Part shown: positions 25,146 to 34,740 of the stretch, piece by piece
Numbering within the stretch: position 1 is the stretch's first letter
Layout of the letters: each line of letters opens with the position of its first letter
Source of the DNA: Betaproteobacteria bacterium
GTDB taxonomy: Bacteria; Pseudomonadota; Gammaproteobacteria; Burkholderiales; SG8-39
Direction of reading: 5' to 3'
DNA length: 34,740 bases
Assembly: GCA_005882235.1 (NCBI GenBank)
Contig: VBCT01000044.1
Span: 1-34,740 of the forward strand
Position numbers and translations under genes: made by a program
Notes under the pieces: model-generated
Told to the model about the DNA's origin: nothing
The model's database searches: none
What the model saw: the letters and a program-made list of their open reading frames with translations, nothing else

Positions 25146-26506
25146 ATTTCGCCATCACTCTCCTGGCTTTCATCGTGGCATTGGGCGTGCTGATCGTGTT
25201 CCACGAGTTCGGCCACTATCTGATCGCCCGCTTCTTCGGGGTGAAGGTATTGCGCTTCTCGATCGGTTTCGGCAGGCCGTTGTGGCGGGTCCGAAGCGGC
25301 CGGGACCGGACCGAATGGGTGATCGCGGCGCTGCCCCTCGGCGGGTACGTAAAAATGCTCGACGAGCACGAGGGGCCGGTCGCGCCGGAAGAGGTGCACC
25401 GGGCATTCAACCGCCAGAGCGTCTGGCGGCGGATCGCGATCGTCGCCGCGGGGCCGGCGGCGAATTTCCTGCTCGCCATCGTGTTCTACTGGGGCCTTTT
25501 CGTAGGCGGCGTGCAGGAGGCGAAGCCCGTCGTCGGCACCCCGGATCCCGGAACCGTCGCGGAAGCGAGCGGCTTCGTCCGGGGCGAGACGATCCTGAAG
25601 ATAAACGACGAGCCGATGGCCAGCTGGCAGCAGGTGCGCTGGCGTTTGCTGCAGCTCGCGGTGGAAAAACAGCCGGCGCGGCTCGAGGTGATCGACCTCA
25701 AGCAGCGACTTACCTGGCGCACCCTGGATCTGTCGAGTTTCGATCTCGAAGGCTTCGACAGCGATCCCCTCGCGCGCTTGGGTTTGAGGCTGGACCTGCC
25801 CGATGTTGCTCCAGTGATCGGCAAGGTCGTCCCGGGAAGCGTCGCGGAGGCGGGAGGATTGCGCCCGGGAGATCGCGTCGTCACGATCGACGGAGTCCAA
25901 ATTCGCGTCTGGGAAGATCTCGTGAAGGTGGTGCGAGCGCGACCCGGCGAAATCGTGAAACTGGGCATCGTTCGCGATCGAGACAAAATTGAGATCCGCC
26001 TGCGCCCGGAAGCGTTCCAGCAGAATGGCTCGCGCTTCGGTCGGATAGGAACGCTACCTCGTCGAGATCCTGACGCGATGAAGGACCTGGTAACGACCGT
26101 GCGCTACGCGCCGGCCGCCGCGCTTGGAATGGCCCTTGAGCGGACCTGGGAGATGTCGGCGTTCAGCCTGAAGATGCTCGGCAAGATGGTCGTCGGCCAG
26201 GTCTCCTGGAAAAACCTGAGCGGACCGGTGACGATCGCCGATTACGCGGGTCAATCGGCACAGCTGGGGATCGGCGCCTACGTCGCCTTTCTTGCGTTGA
26301 TCAGCATCAGCCTGGGTGTGCTCAACCTGCTTCCGATTCCGTTATTGGATGGCGGGCACTTGTTGTATTATGTCGTCGAGATTTTCAAGGGCAGCCCGGT
26401 TTCGGAGCGAGCGATGGAGCTGGGCCAGCGTCTGGGCCTCACCTTACTCCTGTTCCTGATGGCGTTCGCCATCTACAACGATTTCAACCGCTTGTTCGCG
26501 GGTTAA
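25142..26506 (+). CDS. rseP: RIP site-2 zinc metalloprotease RseP
   Basis: 454-aa ORF with HEFGH near the N-terminus, two PDZ-like segments and a C-terminal [12 protein letters not shown] motif. The start overlaps the dxr stop. Confidence 0.9.
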   Translation: MNFAITLLAFIVALGVLIVFHEFGHYLIARFFGVKVLRFSIGFGRPLWRVRSGRDRTEWVIAALPLGGYVKMLDEHEGPVAPEEVHRAFNRQSVWRRIAIVAAGPAANFLLAIVFYWGLFVGGVQEAKPVVGTPDPGTVAEASGFVRGETILKINDEPMASWQQVRWRLLQLAVEKQPARLEVIDLKQRLTWRTLDLSSFDLEGFDSDPLARLGLRLDLPDVAPVIGKVVPGSVAEAGGLRPGDRVVTIDGVQIRVWEDLVKVVRARPGEIVKLGIVRDRDKIEIRLRPEAFQQNGSRFGRIGTLPRRDPDAMKDLVTTVRYAPAAALGMALERTWEMSAFSLKMLGKMVVGQVSWKNLSGPVTIADYAGQSAQLGIGAYVAFLALISISLGVLNLLPIPLLDGGHLLYYVVEIFKGSPVSERAMELGQRLGLTLLLFLMAFAIYNDFNRLFAG

Positions 26507-26516
26507 TGATCCATCA

Positions 26517-28790
26517 GTGAAAAACGCGCTACGAGCCGCGCTCTTCCTGCTCGTGCTCACCGGGCCGGCGCGGGCGTTCCAGCCCTTTGTCGTGCGGGAC
26601 ATTCGCGTCGAGGGCATCCAGCGCATCGAGGCCGGAACGGTCTTCAGCTATCTCCCCGTCAAAGTCGGCGACACGATGACCGACGAAAAGGCTGCGGGCG
26701 CGATTCGCTCCTTGTTCGCTACCGGGTTCTTTCGCGACGTCAGGCTCGAGGTCCAGGGAAACGTGCTGATCGTGACTCTCGAGGAACGACCGGCCATCGC
26801 TTCGATCGATTTCGTCGGGATGAAGGAATTCGAAAAGGACAAGGTCAAGCAGGGGCTGCGTGACGTCGGATTCCAGGAGGGCCGCATCTTCGACCGTGCC
26901 TTGCTCGATCAGGCCGAGCAGGAGCTCAAACGCCAGTATCTGACCCGGGGCCTCTATGGCGTTGAGGTGACCACGACCGTCACGCCGCTCGACCGCAACC
27001 GGGTCGCGATCAATTTCAACCTGAACGAGGGGGAAGTCGCGAAGATCAGGAGAATCAACATCGTCGGCAATCGCGCATTTTCGGAGGAGGAATTGCTCCG
27101 CGTACTCCAGCTGCGCACTCCCGGATGGTTCACCTGGTTTTCGAAGAACGACCAATACTCCCGGCAGAAACTTCAAGCCGACCTCGAATCGATGCGATCG
27201 CATTACCTGAACGCGGGCTACCTCGAGTTCAATATCGACTCCACCCAGGTCTCGATTACGCCGGATCGCCGCGACATCTACATCACGATCAACATCAGCG
27301 AGGGCGAGAAATTCGAAGTGGGCGATGTGAAGCTGGGGGGAGACCTGCTCCTCCCCGAGGCGGAGCTCCGCTCCTTGATCACTATCAAATCGGGCGAAAC
27401 GTTTTCCAGGGAAAGGCTCACCGACTCGACCAAGGCAATTACCGACAGGCTGGGGCGGGACGGGTATGCTTTTGCCAACGTCAACGCGAATCCCGATATC
27501 GACAAGGAAAAACGCAAGGTCAGCTTCACCTTCCTGATCGATCCCGGACGGCGCGTCTATGTCCGGCGGATCAACGTCGTCGGAAACGCGCGCACCCGCG
27601 ACGAGGTGGTGCGTCGCGAGATGCGCCAGCTCGAGGGCAGTTTCTTCGACAGCCAGAAGCTGCAGCTCTCCAAACAGCGGATCGACAAGACCGGCTATTT
27701 CAGCGAGGTCGAGGTCGAGACTCCGGCGGTGCCCGGCACGACCGATCAGGTCGACGTGACCGTGCGGATCAAGGAGAAACCCACCGGCGCGGTGCTGCTG
27801 GGTATCGGTTTTTCGAACGTCGATAAATTCATCGTTCAGGCATCGGTTCAGCAGAGCAATTTTTTCGGCACCGGCAACACCGTGGGCCTGCAAGTCGCCT
27901 CCGGATCCGTCAACAAGGTCGCCTCGTTTTCCTTTACCGACCCCTACTACACGGTCGACGGAGTCAGCCGTGGCTTTGACGTCTACCGGCGCGACGTGAA
28001 CGCCGCAACCCTGGGAATCGGCAACTACAGGACCAGCACGGTCGGCGGGGCGGTACGATTCGGAGTGCCCTACACCGAGTACGACACTTTGTTTTTCGGC
28101 CTCGGTACCGAACAGGTCAAGCTCTTCCTCGCCCCGGACAGCCCGCAGCGTTACCTCATTTTTCAGAACCAGTTCGGCGCGAACTATATTACGCTGGTCA
28201 GCAGTGCCGGCTGGGTCCGGGACTCGCGGGACAGCTTCATCTGGCCGACGAGAGGTCACCTCGAGCGTGCTAGTCTGGAGCTGGCGACGCCGCCCGGAGA
28301 CCTCGAATACTGGAAATATTCCTACACCCACCAGTATTTCCACCCGTACTCGCGCAACCTCACCTTCGTGCTCAGCGGCGAGCTTGACGCCGGCGAGGGG
28401 TACGGTGGAAAACCGCTGCCGTTTTTCAAGAACTATTACTCGGGGGGCATCGGCAGCGTGCGCGGATACCGAACTGCGTCGTTGGGCCCACGCGACCTCG
28501 ACGGCAGCTTTCTGGGGGGCAATCGGAAAGTCAACGGATCGGCGGAGCTGCTGTTCCCGGTACCGGGCAGCGTCGACCGGTCGATGCGATTCGGTGCCTT
28601 CATCGACGCGGGACAAGTCTACGGCTTCACTGAAAAGCTCGACCTTTCGCAACTGCGTGCCTCGGCGGGAATGAGCTTCGCGTGGAACTCACCGATCGGC
28701 CCGATGAAAATCAGCGTCGCGAAAGCGCTCAACGACAAGCCCGGGGACAATCTCCAGAACATCCAGTTCACGCTTGGCGCCTTATTCTGA
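26517..28790 (+). CDS. bamA: Outer membrane protein assembly factor BamA
   Basis: 757-aa ORF with a GTG start and a signal peptide (LFLLVLTGPARA). POTRA repeats begin at FVVRDIRVEGIQRIEAGTV. The C-terminal beta-barrel ends in QFTLGALF (terminal aromatic residue). Confidence 0.92.
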   Translation: MKNALRAALFLLVLTGPARAFQPFVVRDIRVEGIQRIEAGTVFSYLPVKVGDTMTDEKAAGAIRSLFATGFFRDVRLEVQGNVLIVTLEERPAIASIDFVGMKEFEKDKVKQGLRDVGFQEGRIFDRALLDQAEQELKRQYLTRGLYGVEVTTTVTPLDRNRVAINFNLNEGEVAKIRRINIVGNRAFSEEELLRVLQLRTPGWFTWFSKNDQYSRQKLQADLESMRSHYLNAGYLEFNIDSTQVSITPDRRDIYITINISEGEKFEVGDVKLGGDLLLPEAELRSLITIKSGETFSRERLTDSTKAITDRLGRDGYAFANVNANPDIDKEKRKVSFTFLIDPGRRVYVRRINVVGNARTRDEVVRREMRQLEGSFFDSQKLQLSKQRIDKTGYFSEVEVETPAVPGTTDQVDVTVRIKEKPTGAVLLGIGFSNVDKFIVQASVQQSNFFGTGNTVGLQVASGSVNKVASFSFTDPYYTVDGVSRGFDVYRRDVNAATLGIGNYRTSTVGGAVRFGVPYTEYDTLFFGLGTEQVKLFLAPDSPQRYLIFQNQFGANYITLVSSAGWVRDSRDSFIWPTRGHLERASLELATPPGDLEYWKYSYTHQYFHPYSRNLTFVLSGELDAGEGYGGKPLPFFKNYYSGGIGSVRGYRTASLGPRDLDGSFLGGNRKVNGSAELLFPVPGSVDRSMRFGAFIDAGQVYGFTEKLDLSQLRASAGMSFAWNSPIGPMKISVAKALNDKPGDNLQNIQFTLGALF

Positions 28791-28825
28791 CGGCCCGGTA
28801 TAATCCTTTCTCAAAGGCAGGTCTC

Positions 28826-29353
28826 ATGGCAGCTTCGAAAAGCTACTCTCTCACCGGTTGGGTCCTCATCGCATTCCTAGGGGCCGTCAGTCCGGCTCTG
28901 GCGCAGTCGAGCATCGGGTTCGTCAGCTTGGAGCGGATCCTGAGGGAAGCGCCCGCCGCGCAGCGGGCCCAGAAGAAACTGGAGCAGGAATTCTCCCAGC
29001 GCGGGCAGGAGCTCTCCAAGGTGGCGGAACAGCTGAAGAAGATGCAGGGGAACCTGGAGAAGAACGCCGTGACGATGTCGGAGTCGGAGCGGCAGAAACG
29101 CGAACGCGAATTCGGCGATGTCAACCGGGACTTTCAGCGCAGACAACGGGAATTCAACGAGGATCTGGCCCAGCGACGCAAGGAGGAATTCGACGGAGTC
29201 CTCGAACGCGCCAACCGTGCCGTGAAGCAGATCGCAGAGGCCGAAAAACTCGACGTCGTGTTTCAGAACGAGCAGGTCGTGTGGGCGAGCACCCGCATCG
29301 ACATCACCGACAGGGTCATCAAGGCGCTAGAGGAACCTCGCGCGGGCAAGTGA
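28826..29353 (+). CDS. skp: Periplasmic chaperone Skp (OmpH family)
   Basis: Start trimmed to ATG 28826 (MAASKSYSLTGWVLIAFLGAVSPALAQ signal peptide), giving 175 aa. The body is charged and coiled-coil rich (QKKLEQEFSQRGQEL...). The position between bamA and lpxD is canonical. Confidence 0.8.
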   Translation: MAASKSYSLTGWVLIAFLGAVSPALAQSSIGFVSLERILREAPAAQRAQKKLEQEFSQRGQELSKVAEQLKKMQGNLEKNAVTMSESERQKREREFGDVNRDFQRRQREFNEDLAQRRKEEFDGVLERANRAVKQIAEAEKLDVVFQNEQVVWASTRIDITDRVIKALEEPRAGK

Positions 29354-29359
29354 TTCGGC

Positions 29360-30385
29360 GTGGCGCAATCCATTTCGCGTGCTTATCGGCTTGGTGAAAT
29401 CGTCGCCAAGCTCGGCGGGGACGAGATTCTGCGGATCGCCACGCTGGAAAGCGCCGGCCCGGGCGATCTTTGCTTCTTCTCGCATGGCCGGTACCGGGCG
29501 CACTTGCGCGACACTCGCGCCTCCGCCGTGATTTTGGCGCGCGAGGAACGCGACGCGACTGCCTTGCCGAGGATCCTGTGCGACGACCCCTACGTCTACT
29601 ATGCCCGGGCCGCGCAGCTGTTCGGTTCCGAGACTCGCCCCGCTCCGGGAATCCACGCCCGCGCCGTCGTCGAGGAGGAAGCCGAAATTCCGGCCTCCGC
29701 CACGGTAGGACCCGGCTGCCATATCGGCCGCGGGGCGCGGTTGGGGGAGCGCGTCGTGATCGATGCTGGCTGCACCATCGGCGAAGATGCCTCGATCGGA
29801 GAGGACAGCCGCCTGGGTCCTTCGGTGACGGTCTATCCCCGGTGCGTCATAGGCAAGCGCGCCTTGATCCACGCCGGCGTGGTGATCGGCGCCGACGGTT
29901 TCGGCATGGCGCCTGATTCCGGACGCTGGATCAAGATTCCGCAAACCGGGCGCGCCGTGATAGGTGACGACGTCGAGATCGGCGCCAACACCACGATCGA
30001 CCGCGGCGCGCTCGACGACACGGTGATCGAGGACGGCGTCAAGCTCGACAACCAGATCCAGATCGGCCACAACGTGCACATCGGTGCCCATACCGCGATG
30101 GCGGGCTGTGCAGCCGTCGCAGGCAGCACGCGCATCGGCCGGCACTGCGCCATCGGCGGTGCCGCGCGCATCATCGGCCATTTGACGATCGCCGACCACG
30201 TGACGATCTCCGCCGCGGCGGTGGTGACTAAATCCATCACGCGCGCTGGCGCCTATGCCGGCGCGCTGCCCTCGGCGCCCAGCCGCGAATGGGCGAAGAC
30301 GGTGGCGCACCTGCGCAGCCTCGACCGGCTGGCCAAGCGGATTCGCGAGCTGGAAAAACGACTCCCAGTAAAGAGAAAGAGGTAA
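29360..30385 (+). CDS. lpxD: UDP-3-O-(3-hydroxyacyl)glucosamine N-acyltransferase
   Basis: 341-aa ORF with a GTG start. It has an N-terminal uridine-binding region followed by long left-handed beta-helix hexapeptide repeats ([39 protein letters not shown]). Confidence 0.9.
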   Translation: MAQSISRAYRLGEIVAKLGGDEILRIATLESAGPGDLCFFSHGRYRAHLRDTRASAVILAREERDATALPRILCDDPYVYYARAAQLFGSETRPAPGIHARAVVEEEAEIPASATVGPGCHIGRGARLGERVVIDAGCTIGEDASIGEDSRLGPSVTVYPRCVIGKRALIHAGVVIGADGFGMAPDSGRWIKIPQTGRAVIGDDVEIGANTTIDRGALDDTVIEDGVKLDNQIQIGHNVHIGAHTAMAGCAAVAGSTRIGRHCAIGGAARIIGHLTIADHVTISAAAVVTKSITRAGAYAGALPSAPSREWAKTVAHLRSLDRLAKRIRELEKRLPVKRKR

Positions 30386-30388
30386 GAG

Positions 30389-30823
30389 ATGGACATCCGA
30401 GAGATCCTGGAATACCTGCCACACCGCTATCCCATGCTTCTCCTGGACCGGGTGCTCGAATGCGAGCCGGGCAAGCGGATTCTCGCGCTCAAGAACGTCT
30501 CCATGAACGAGCCTTTCTTTACCGGGCATTTCCCGCACTATCCGGTGATGCCGGGCGTCATGATCATCGAGGCGCTCGCGCAGGCGGCGGCCGTACTGTC
30601 GTTCCGCACCATGAAAACGAAACCGGACGACAAGTCGGTCTACTACTTCGCGGGAATCGACGAGGCGCGGTTCAAGCGCCCGGTGGTTCCGGGCGACCAG
30701 CTCCTGCTCGAGGTCGCGGTTGAGCGCAGCGCCCGGGGACTCTGGAAATTCGCCGCCCAGGCGCGCGTCGGCGACGCGCTCGCCGCCGAAGCGAAGATCT
30801 TGTGCACGCTGCGCCCCATATGA
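30389..30823 (+). CDS. fabZ: 3-hydroxyacyl-ACP dehydratase FabZ
   Basis: 144-aa ORF containing [13 protein letters not shown] and [21 protein letters not shown]. Confidence 0.93.
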   Translation: MDIREILEYLPHRYPMLLLDRVLECEPGKRILALKNVSMNEPFFTGHFPHYPVMPGVMIIEALAQAAAVLSFRTMKTKPDDKSVYYFAGIDEARFKRPVVPGDQLLLEVAVERSARGLWKFAAQARVGDALAAEAKILCTLRPI

Positions 30824-31590
30824 TTCACCCGACGGCCATCGTCCATTCCGGAGCGAAGCTCGGCCCGGGAGTGTCGGTGGGACCCTATTCGATCATAGGC
30901 GAGCACGTCGAGATAGGGGAGGGCACCTCGATCGGGCCGCACGTGGTGATCGAGGGGAGGACTCGCATAGGCGCTCAAAACCGAATTTTCGGATTCAGCT
31001 CGCTCGGCGGACCGCCCCAGGACAAGAAATACGCCGGCGAAGCGACCGCGCTCGAGATCGGCGACCGCAACACCATCCGCGAGTACTGCACTTTCAGCTG
31101 CGGCACCGCGCAGGACGCGGGCGTCACGCGCATCGGCAGCGACAACTGGATCATGGCCTACGTGCATATCGCGCACGACTGCCAGGTCGGCGACCACGCG
31201 GTCTTCGCCAATGTGGCGACTCTTGCCGGTCACGTCCAGGTCGGCGACTACGCCGTGCTCGGCGGGTTTACCGGGGCCCATCAGTTCGTCTCGATCGGCG
31301 CGCATTCGATCACCGGGGTCGCGACGGTCCTGCTGCAGGACCTGCCTCCGTACGTCATGGCGGCGGGCAATACGGCGAAGCCGTTCGGAATCAACAGTGA
31401 AGGGCTGAAGCGGCGCGGCTTCGCCGCGGCAAAGATCACCACGATCAAACGCGCCTACAAGACCCTCTACAGGTCCGGTCTCGCGCTCGCCGAAGCGCGG
31501 CGCAAGATTGCAGGCCAGGCCGTGAAGTCGCCCGAGCTGCAGGTGCTCGTCGATTTCCTCGAGCGCTCGCAGCGCGGCATCATTCGCTAG
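30820..31590 (+). CDS. lpxA: Acyl-ACP--UDP-N-acetylglucosamine O-acyltransferase
   Basis: Start trimmed to ATG 30820 ([15 protein letters not shown]), overlapping the fabZ stop (ATGA), giving 256 aa. It has hexapeptide repeats and a C-terminal LpxA helical domain ([10 protein letters not shown]...[12 protein letters not shown]). Confidence 0.92.
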   Translation: MIHPTAIVHSGAKLGPGVSVGPYSIIGEHVEIGEGTSIGPHVVIEGRTRIGAQNRIFGFSSLGGPPQDKKYAGEATALEIGDRNTIREYCTFSCGTAQDAGVTRIGSDNWIMAYVHIAHDCQVGDHAVFANVATLAGHVQVGDYAVLGGFTGAHQFVSIGAHSITGVATVLLQDLPPYVMAAGNTAKPFGINSEGLKRRGFAAAKITTIKRAYKTLYRSGLALAEARRKIAGQAVKSPELQVLVDFLERSQRGIIR

Positions 31591-31595
31591 CGCAA

Positions 31596-32750
31596 GTGGA
31601 AAGCAAACCCGTCGTCGTAGGCATGGTCGCGGGGGAGGCTTCGGGGGACTTTCTCGGAGCTCACCTCATCGCCGCGTTGCGTAAGAGGATTCCCGGACTG
31701 CAGTTCGTCGGTATCGGCGGCCCGAAGATGGAGGCCGAGGGCCTAGCCTCCTGGTTCCCCATGGAGAAGCTCGCGGTGCGCGGCTACGTCGAGGTGCTGC
31801 GGCATTTTCTGGAACTGCACGCGATCCGGCGAAAGCTCCGGCGGCGGCTCGTCGCGGCGAGGCCCGCGCTTTTCGTCGGCATCGACGCGCCCGATTTCAA
31901 TCTTGCGCTCGAGCGCAAGCTCAAACGAGCGGGTATTCCGGCGGTCCACTACGTGAGCCCGTCGCTGTGGGCCTGGCGCGGGGGACGCATGTCTGCGATC
32001 GTGAAATCGGTCGACAAGATGCTCGTGCTCTTTCCGTTCGAGGAGCCCCTGTACCGCTCCGCCGGAGTGCCGGTGGCCTACGTTGGACACCCTCTGGCGG
32101 ATGCCAGCTCCGATGAGGACGAATCGGCCGCGGCAAAGGAGCAATTGCGGCTGCCTGCGACATGCAAGGTCGTGGCCCTGATGCCAGGCAGCCGGCAGTC
32201 GGAAGTGCGCTACATGGCCTCGAGTCTCATAGAAACAGCGAAGCTGATCGCGGCGCGGCAACCCGCCGCGCATTTTCTGGTGCCGCTAGTGAGCCGCGAA
32301 ACGCGTGCCATTTTCGAGCAAGCGATGTACGACGCCGGCGCGGGGGAATTGCCGCTCACGGTGCTCTTTGGCCATGCGCGCGATGCGATCGCCGCGTGCG
32401 ACGTCGCGCTCGTGGCGAGCGGGACCGCGACGCTGGAGGCCGCGCTCGCCAGGAAGCCCATGGTGATCACCTATAAGATGGCGCAACTCACCTACGGCAT
32501 GATGTCGAAGATGGGAACCCTGCCGTGGGTCGGCCTCCCCAACATCATCGCCGGGGAATTTCTCGTTCCGGAGATTCTCCAGGACGATGCGACGCCCGAG
32601 AACCTGGCCCAGGCGGTGCTGAACTCGCTCAACGATCCCGTCGTCAACCGCAGGCTTCCGGAGCGCCTCGACCAGATACGGCGGCTTCTGCGCAGGGATA
32701 CCGCGGCGCGTGCCGCGGAAGCGCTCCTGCCGTGGCTGCAGTCCGCCTGA
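31596..32750 (+). CDS. lpxB: Lipid-A-disaccharide synthase
   Basis: 384-aa ORF with a GTG start. It contains [28 protein letters not shown] and [10 protein letters not shown]. Confidence 0.9.
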   Translation: MESKPVVVGMVAGEASGDFLGAHLIAALRKRIPGLQFVGIGGPKMEAEGLASWFPMEKLAVRGYVEVLRHFLELHAIRRKLRRRLVAARPALFVGIDAPDFNLALERKLKRAGIPAVHYVSPSLWAWRGGRMSAIVKSVDKMLVLFPFEEPLYRSAGVPVAYVGHPLADASSDEDESAAAKEQLRLPATCKVVALMPGSRQSEVRYMASSLIETAKLIAARQPAAHFLVPLVSRETRAIFEQAMYDAGAGELPLTVLFGHARDAIAACDVALVASGTATLEAALARKPMVITYKMAQLTYGMMSKMGTLPWVGLPNIIAGEFLVPEILQDDATPENLAQAVLNSLNDPVVNRRLPERLDQIRRLLRRDTAARAAEALLPWLQSA

Positions 32751-33316
32751 TTTGCGGCGTCGACGAGGCCGGCCGCGGGCCGCTCGCCGGCCCTGTTTGC
32801 GCCGCCGCAGTCGTGTTCCAGCCGGGACGGCGCGCGCCTGCCGGCATCGCCGACTCCAAGGTCTTGAGCTCGCGCGAGCGCGAACGGCTCTCGATCCTCA
32901 TCAAAGATAGAGCGCTGGCCTGGGCCATCGCCTGGGCGAGCGTCGAGGAAATCGACAGCCTGAACATCCTGGGGGCGAGCCTCCTCGCCATGCGGCGGGC
33001 CGTGGAGACACTTTCGGTCCTGCCCCACGAAGTGTTGTTCGACGGCTCGCATTGCCCGATGCTTGCAGTGCCGGCCCGAGCGATCGTCGACGGAGACGCG
33101 AAAGTAAGAGTGATCGCGGCGGCCTCCATCCTGGCGAAGACCGCGCGCGATGCCGAGATGTGCCGGCTCCACGGCCAGTTCCCGCAGTACGGCTTCGACG
33201 CACACAAGGGGTATCCGACGCCGCAGCACCTCAGGGCGTTGCGCCGGTACGGCGTATGCGAAGTCTATCGCCGCAGCTTTCGTCCGGTGAGGCTGCTCTT
33301 GGAAAACGGCCGCTGA
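32732..33316 (+). CDS. rnhB: Ribonuclease HII
   Basis: [16 protein letters not shown] is the catalytic DEAGRG motif; DSK.L and GYP.....AL are also present. Start set at in-frame GTG 32732 (194 aa), overlapping the lpxB 3' end by 19 nt. The start choice is uncertain. The track ORF from 32525 is an over-extension inside lpxB. Confidence 0.85.
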   Translation: MAAVRLICGVDEAGRGPLAGPVCAAAVVFQPGRRAPAGIADSKVLSSRERERLSILIKDRALAWAIAWASVEEIDSLNILGASLLAMRRAVETLSVLPHEVLFDGSHCPMLAVPARAIVDGDAKVRVIAAASILAKTARDAEMCRLHGQFPQYGFDAHKGYPTPQHLRALRRYGVCEVYRRSFRPVRLLLENGR

Positions 33317-33339
33317 TCAACGCCGGGCAAGAGACAGTC

Positions 33340-34533
33340 ATGTTCGAAAAGGGAATGAACATGATCCCAGGTTTGGGCTTCCGATACTTTGGAATTCTTA
33401 TCGTTGGGTTAGCCGGACTCATGTCCGCAGCCTGTTTTGCAGCAGAACCGGCAGGCGGCAAGAAGTTCAGTTTGGTGTATCTCGTTGGCGTGGAGGAAGC
33501 CGAGCTCAAGACGGGAGTTGCGGCGTTCGTCGAGCCGATGTTTTTTACCGACGGCAAGGAGCTTGTCTTCGTGTACGACTACTGCAGAAGAAAAGAGGAA
33601 AGCGTCCACACCGCGAAGGTTCCCGGGCTGAGAATTCCCGCACAACTGAAGGGAAAGCGGGGCTTGGCCGATCAAGAGATCGCTGAAGATCTCGAACCGA
33701 TCCGCAGCTATTGCGCCAATCGGAGATTTCGCTTGAACGGAGAGGCGTACAAGACGTTAAACAATCTAGGCATGCAGGTTCGTCTCGGCGAGATTGCTTT
33801 TTCGGGAACAGGCAAACATGACTACACGTGGTATCCGCCTGAGTTTCCTGATTCGGGCACCGCCACAATCACCGGGGTTGAAGGTCCCACCTATGAGATT
33901 CCAGGGCGCAGCAAATTCTGGGGTCCGAAGCATTTCTTCCTGGCGTCCCGGAATAGTTCGCTCTTGGCGGAACTAACGCCGGTTCGACGCACGGACGATA
34001 AGGAATTCCAGCGGTTTGTGGAACGGGCAAACACCTACGGGAACGGCCAAAAGGGAATGTCTATTCCGACTTGCCTTTCACGTAACCCAAAAAATGAGTC
34101 CTGCTCCCCGTTTTCGAAATACTCCACTGACGGGAGAGCTAAGTTTGTCTCGGCAGAACTTGGCTTCGGGCCGATGATGCTTGGTGACGTTGACGGCGAC
34201 GGATTGACTGACGCCATTGTCGGCTTGCGGGCGTTTCAGGAACCCGTTCCAATAGCCAATAGCAAGAGAACCGAACGTCTGCTCTGGAGTGCTACTGCCT
34301 TCTTACTGGGGAATGGCAATAGCTTTCACATTGCCCGAGTCAACCTGATCCAAGTGTGGCCTTCCGGGTTTTATTACTACATGCCTCTGGCGCTTCTACG
34401 CATGGGCGGTTGCAGCTATATGATTACCAGTTCAGAGAGTCTAGAAAAGGATCTGCTGTTTCTTGCGCAGCCTAAAGAATCCGGGGGATGTGCCAATCTC
34501 CGGACGTTGAAGCGGGTCGAGAATGTTGATTAG
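33340..34533 (+). CDS. Hypothetical secreted protein with one FG-GAP/VCBS-like Ca-binding motif; compositionally atypical (lower GC)
   Basis: The ORF is open from 33052, but sensible starts are ATG 33340, 33355 or 33361; the last has AAGGGA 6 nt upstream. It has an N-terminal hydrophobic signal-like segment (FGILIVGLAGLMSAACFAAEP). The motif GFGPMMLGDVDGDGLTDAIVG matches the FG..GD.DGDG..D..VG FG-GAP consensus. I recognise no other family. Hand-counted 60-nt lines (34081-, 34261-) give 50-52% GC against roughly two-thirds elsewhere. Confidence 0.6.
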   Translation: MFEKGMNMIPGLGFRYFGILIVGLAGLMSAACFAAEPAGGKKFSLVYLVGVEEAELKTGVAAFVEPMFFTDGKELVFVYDYCRRKEESVHTAKVPGLRIPAQLKGKRGLADQEIAEDLEPIRSYCANRRFRLNGEAYKTLNNLGMQVRLGEIAFSGTGKHDYTWYPPEFPDSGTATITGVEGPTYEIPGRSKFWGPKHFFLASRNSSLLAELTPVRRTDDKEFQRFVERANTYGNGQKGMSIPTCLSRNPKNESCSPFSKYSTDGRAKFVSAELGFGPMMLGDVDGDGLTDAIVGLRAFQEPVPIANSKRTERLLWSATAFLLGNGNSFHIARVNLIQVWPSGFYYYMPLALLRMGGCSYMITSSESLEKDLLFLAQPKESGGCANLRTLKRVENVD

Positions 34534-34545
34534 CGATAGTCACCT

Positions 34546-34740
34546 CTAAGACTCGAACTCGGCGATCAGGCGCTGCAGGCCTCTTCTTTCGGTCTCCGGA
34601 AGGAACAGGGAACGGCGGGCCACGATCAGCCGCTTGAGGCGCGCATAGTAGGCGGAGTCGCTCGCCGCGCGGCGGATTTGCCGGGCCAGTCCCCGTTGGT
34701 CCGCCAGCGTGTAGTAACCCGGGTATCCGCGCCCAAGCAT
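34546..34740 (-). CDS. C-terminal fragment of an unidentified protein, possibly glycosyltransferase-like; gene continues beyond the 3' window edge
   Basis: The frame is open from the window edge to a TAG at 34546. GC is high with GC-rich third positions, like the host genome. The sequence ...GYPGYYTLADQRGLARQIRRAASDSAYYARLKRLIVARRSLFLPETERRGLQRLIAEF loosely recalls the C-terminal tail of GT1/TIGR04348-type glycosyltransferases. That comparison is from memory and is not verifiable here. Confidence 0.5.
   Translation of the reverse strand: MLGRGYPGYYTLADQRGLARQIRRAASDSAYYARLKRLIVARRSLFLPETERRGLQRLIAEFES

Noticed and set aside
26529-28652. 707-aa ORF antisense to bamA
   Set aside because: This is the same high-GC antisense artefact. 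The bamA frame has a signal peptide, POTRA repeats and a barrel terminus, and the antisense frame has nothing recognisable.
28774-28804. TTGGCG-N19-TATAAT promoter-like sequence at the end of bamA, upstream of skp
   Set aside because: The 19-nt spacer and weak -35 make it marginal. skp is normally co-transcribed with bamA. It is not supported well enough to list as a feature.

Overview
This is a high-GC (roughly two-thirds G+C) proteobacterial chromosome segment made almost entirely of conserved housekeeping genes, in the order typical of Beta-/Gammaproteobacteria. The minus-strand chain 6263->1 runs queF-dapC-dapD-(PilU-like ATPase)-dapE-prmB-Bug/TctC receptor, with the last gene cut by the window edge. 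The plus strand carries smc-zipA-ligA-galU, then an hpt-like PRTase, a methylthio-nucleoside phosphorylase and def. map and glnD lie on the minus strand, with the glnD 3' end converging on def. They are followed by the divergent supercluster rpsB-tsf-pyrH-frr-uppS-cdsA-dxr-rseP-bamA-skp-lpxD-fabZ-lpxA-lpxB-rnhB. The Bug-family receptor, dapC adjacent to dapD, and an [10 protein letters not shown]-type deformylase suggest a betaproteobacterium; this is inference. Many genes are joined by ATGA/GTGA/TGATG stop-start overlaps. I found no rRNA, tRNA, CRISPR array, transposase, integrase or recognisable defence or toxin genes, and no convincing multi-gene novel system. Four things deserve a second look. 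(1) glnD is broken: the N- and C-terminal parts sit in different frames and the first ACT domain appears to be missing. (2) A single gene of clearly lower GC, encoding a secreted FG-GAP-motif protein of unknown function, follows rnhB where core synteny ends. (3) A 66-nt, about 24% GC, in-frame patch lies inside smc. (4) An orphan PilU-like ATPase is embedded in the dap operon. The ORF track uses ATG/GTG/TTG and the longest extension, so several starts were trimmed by homology and stop-start logic.
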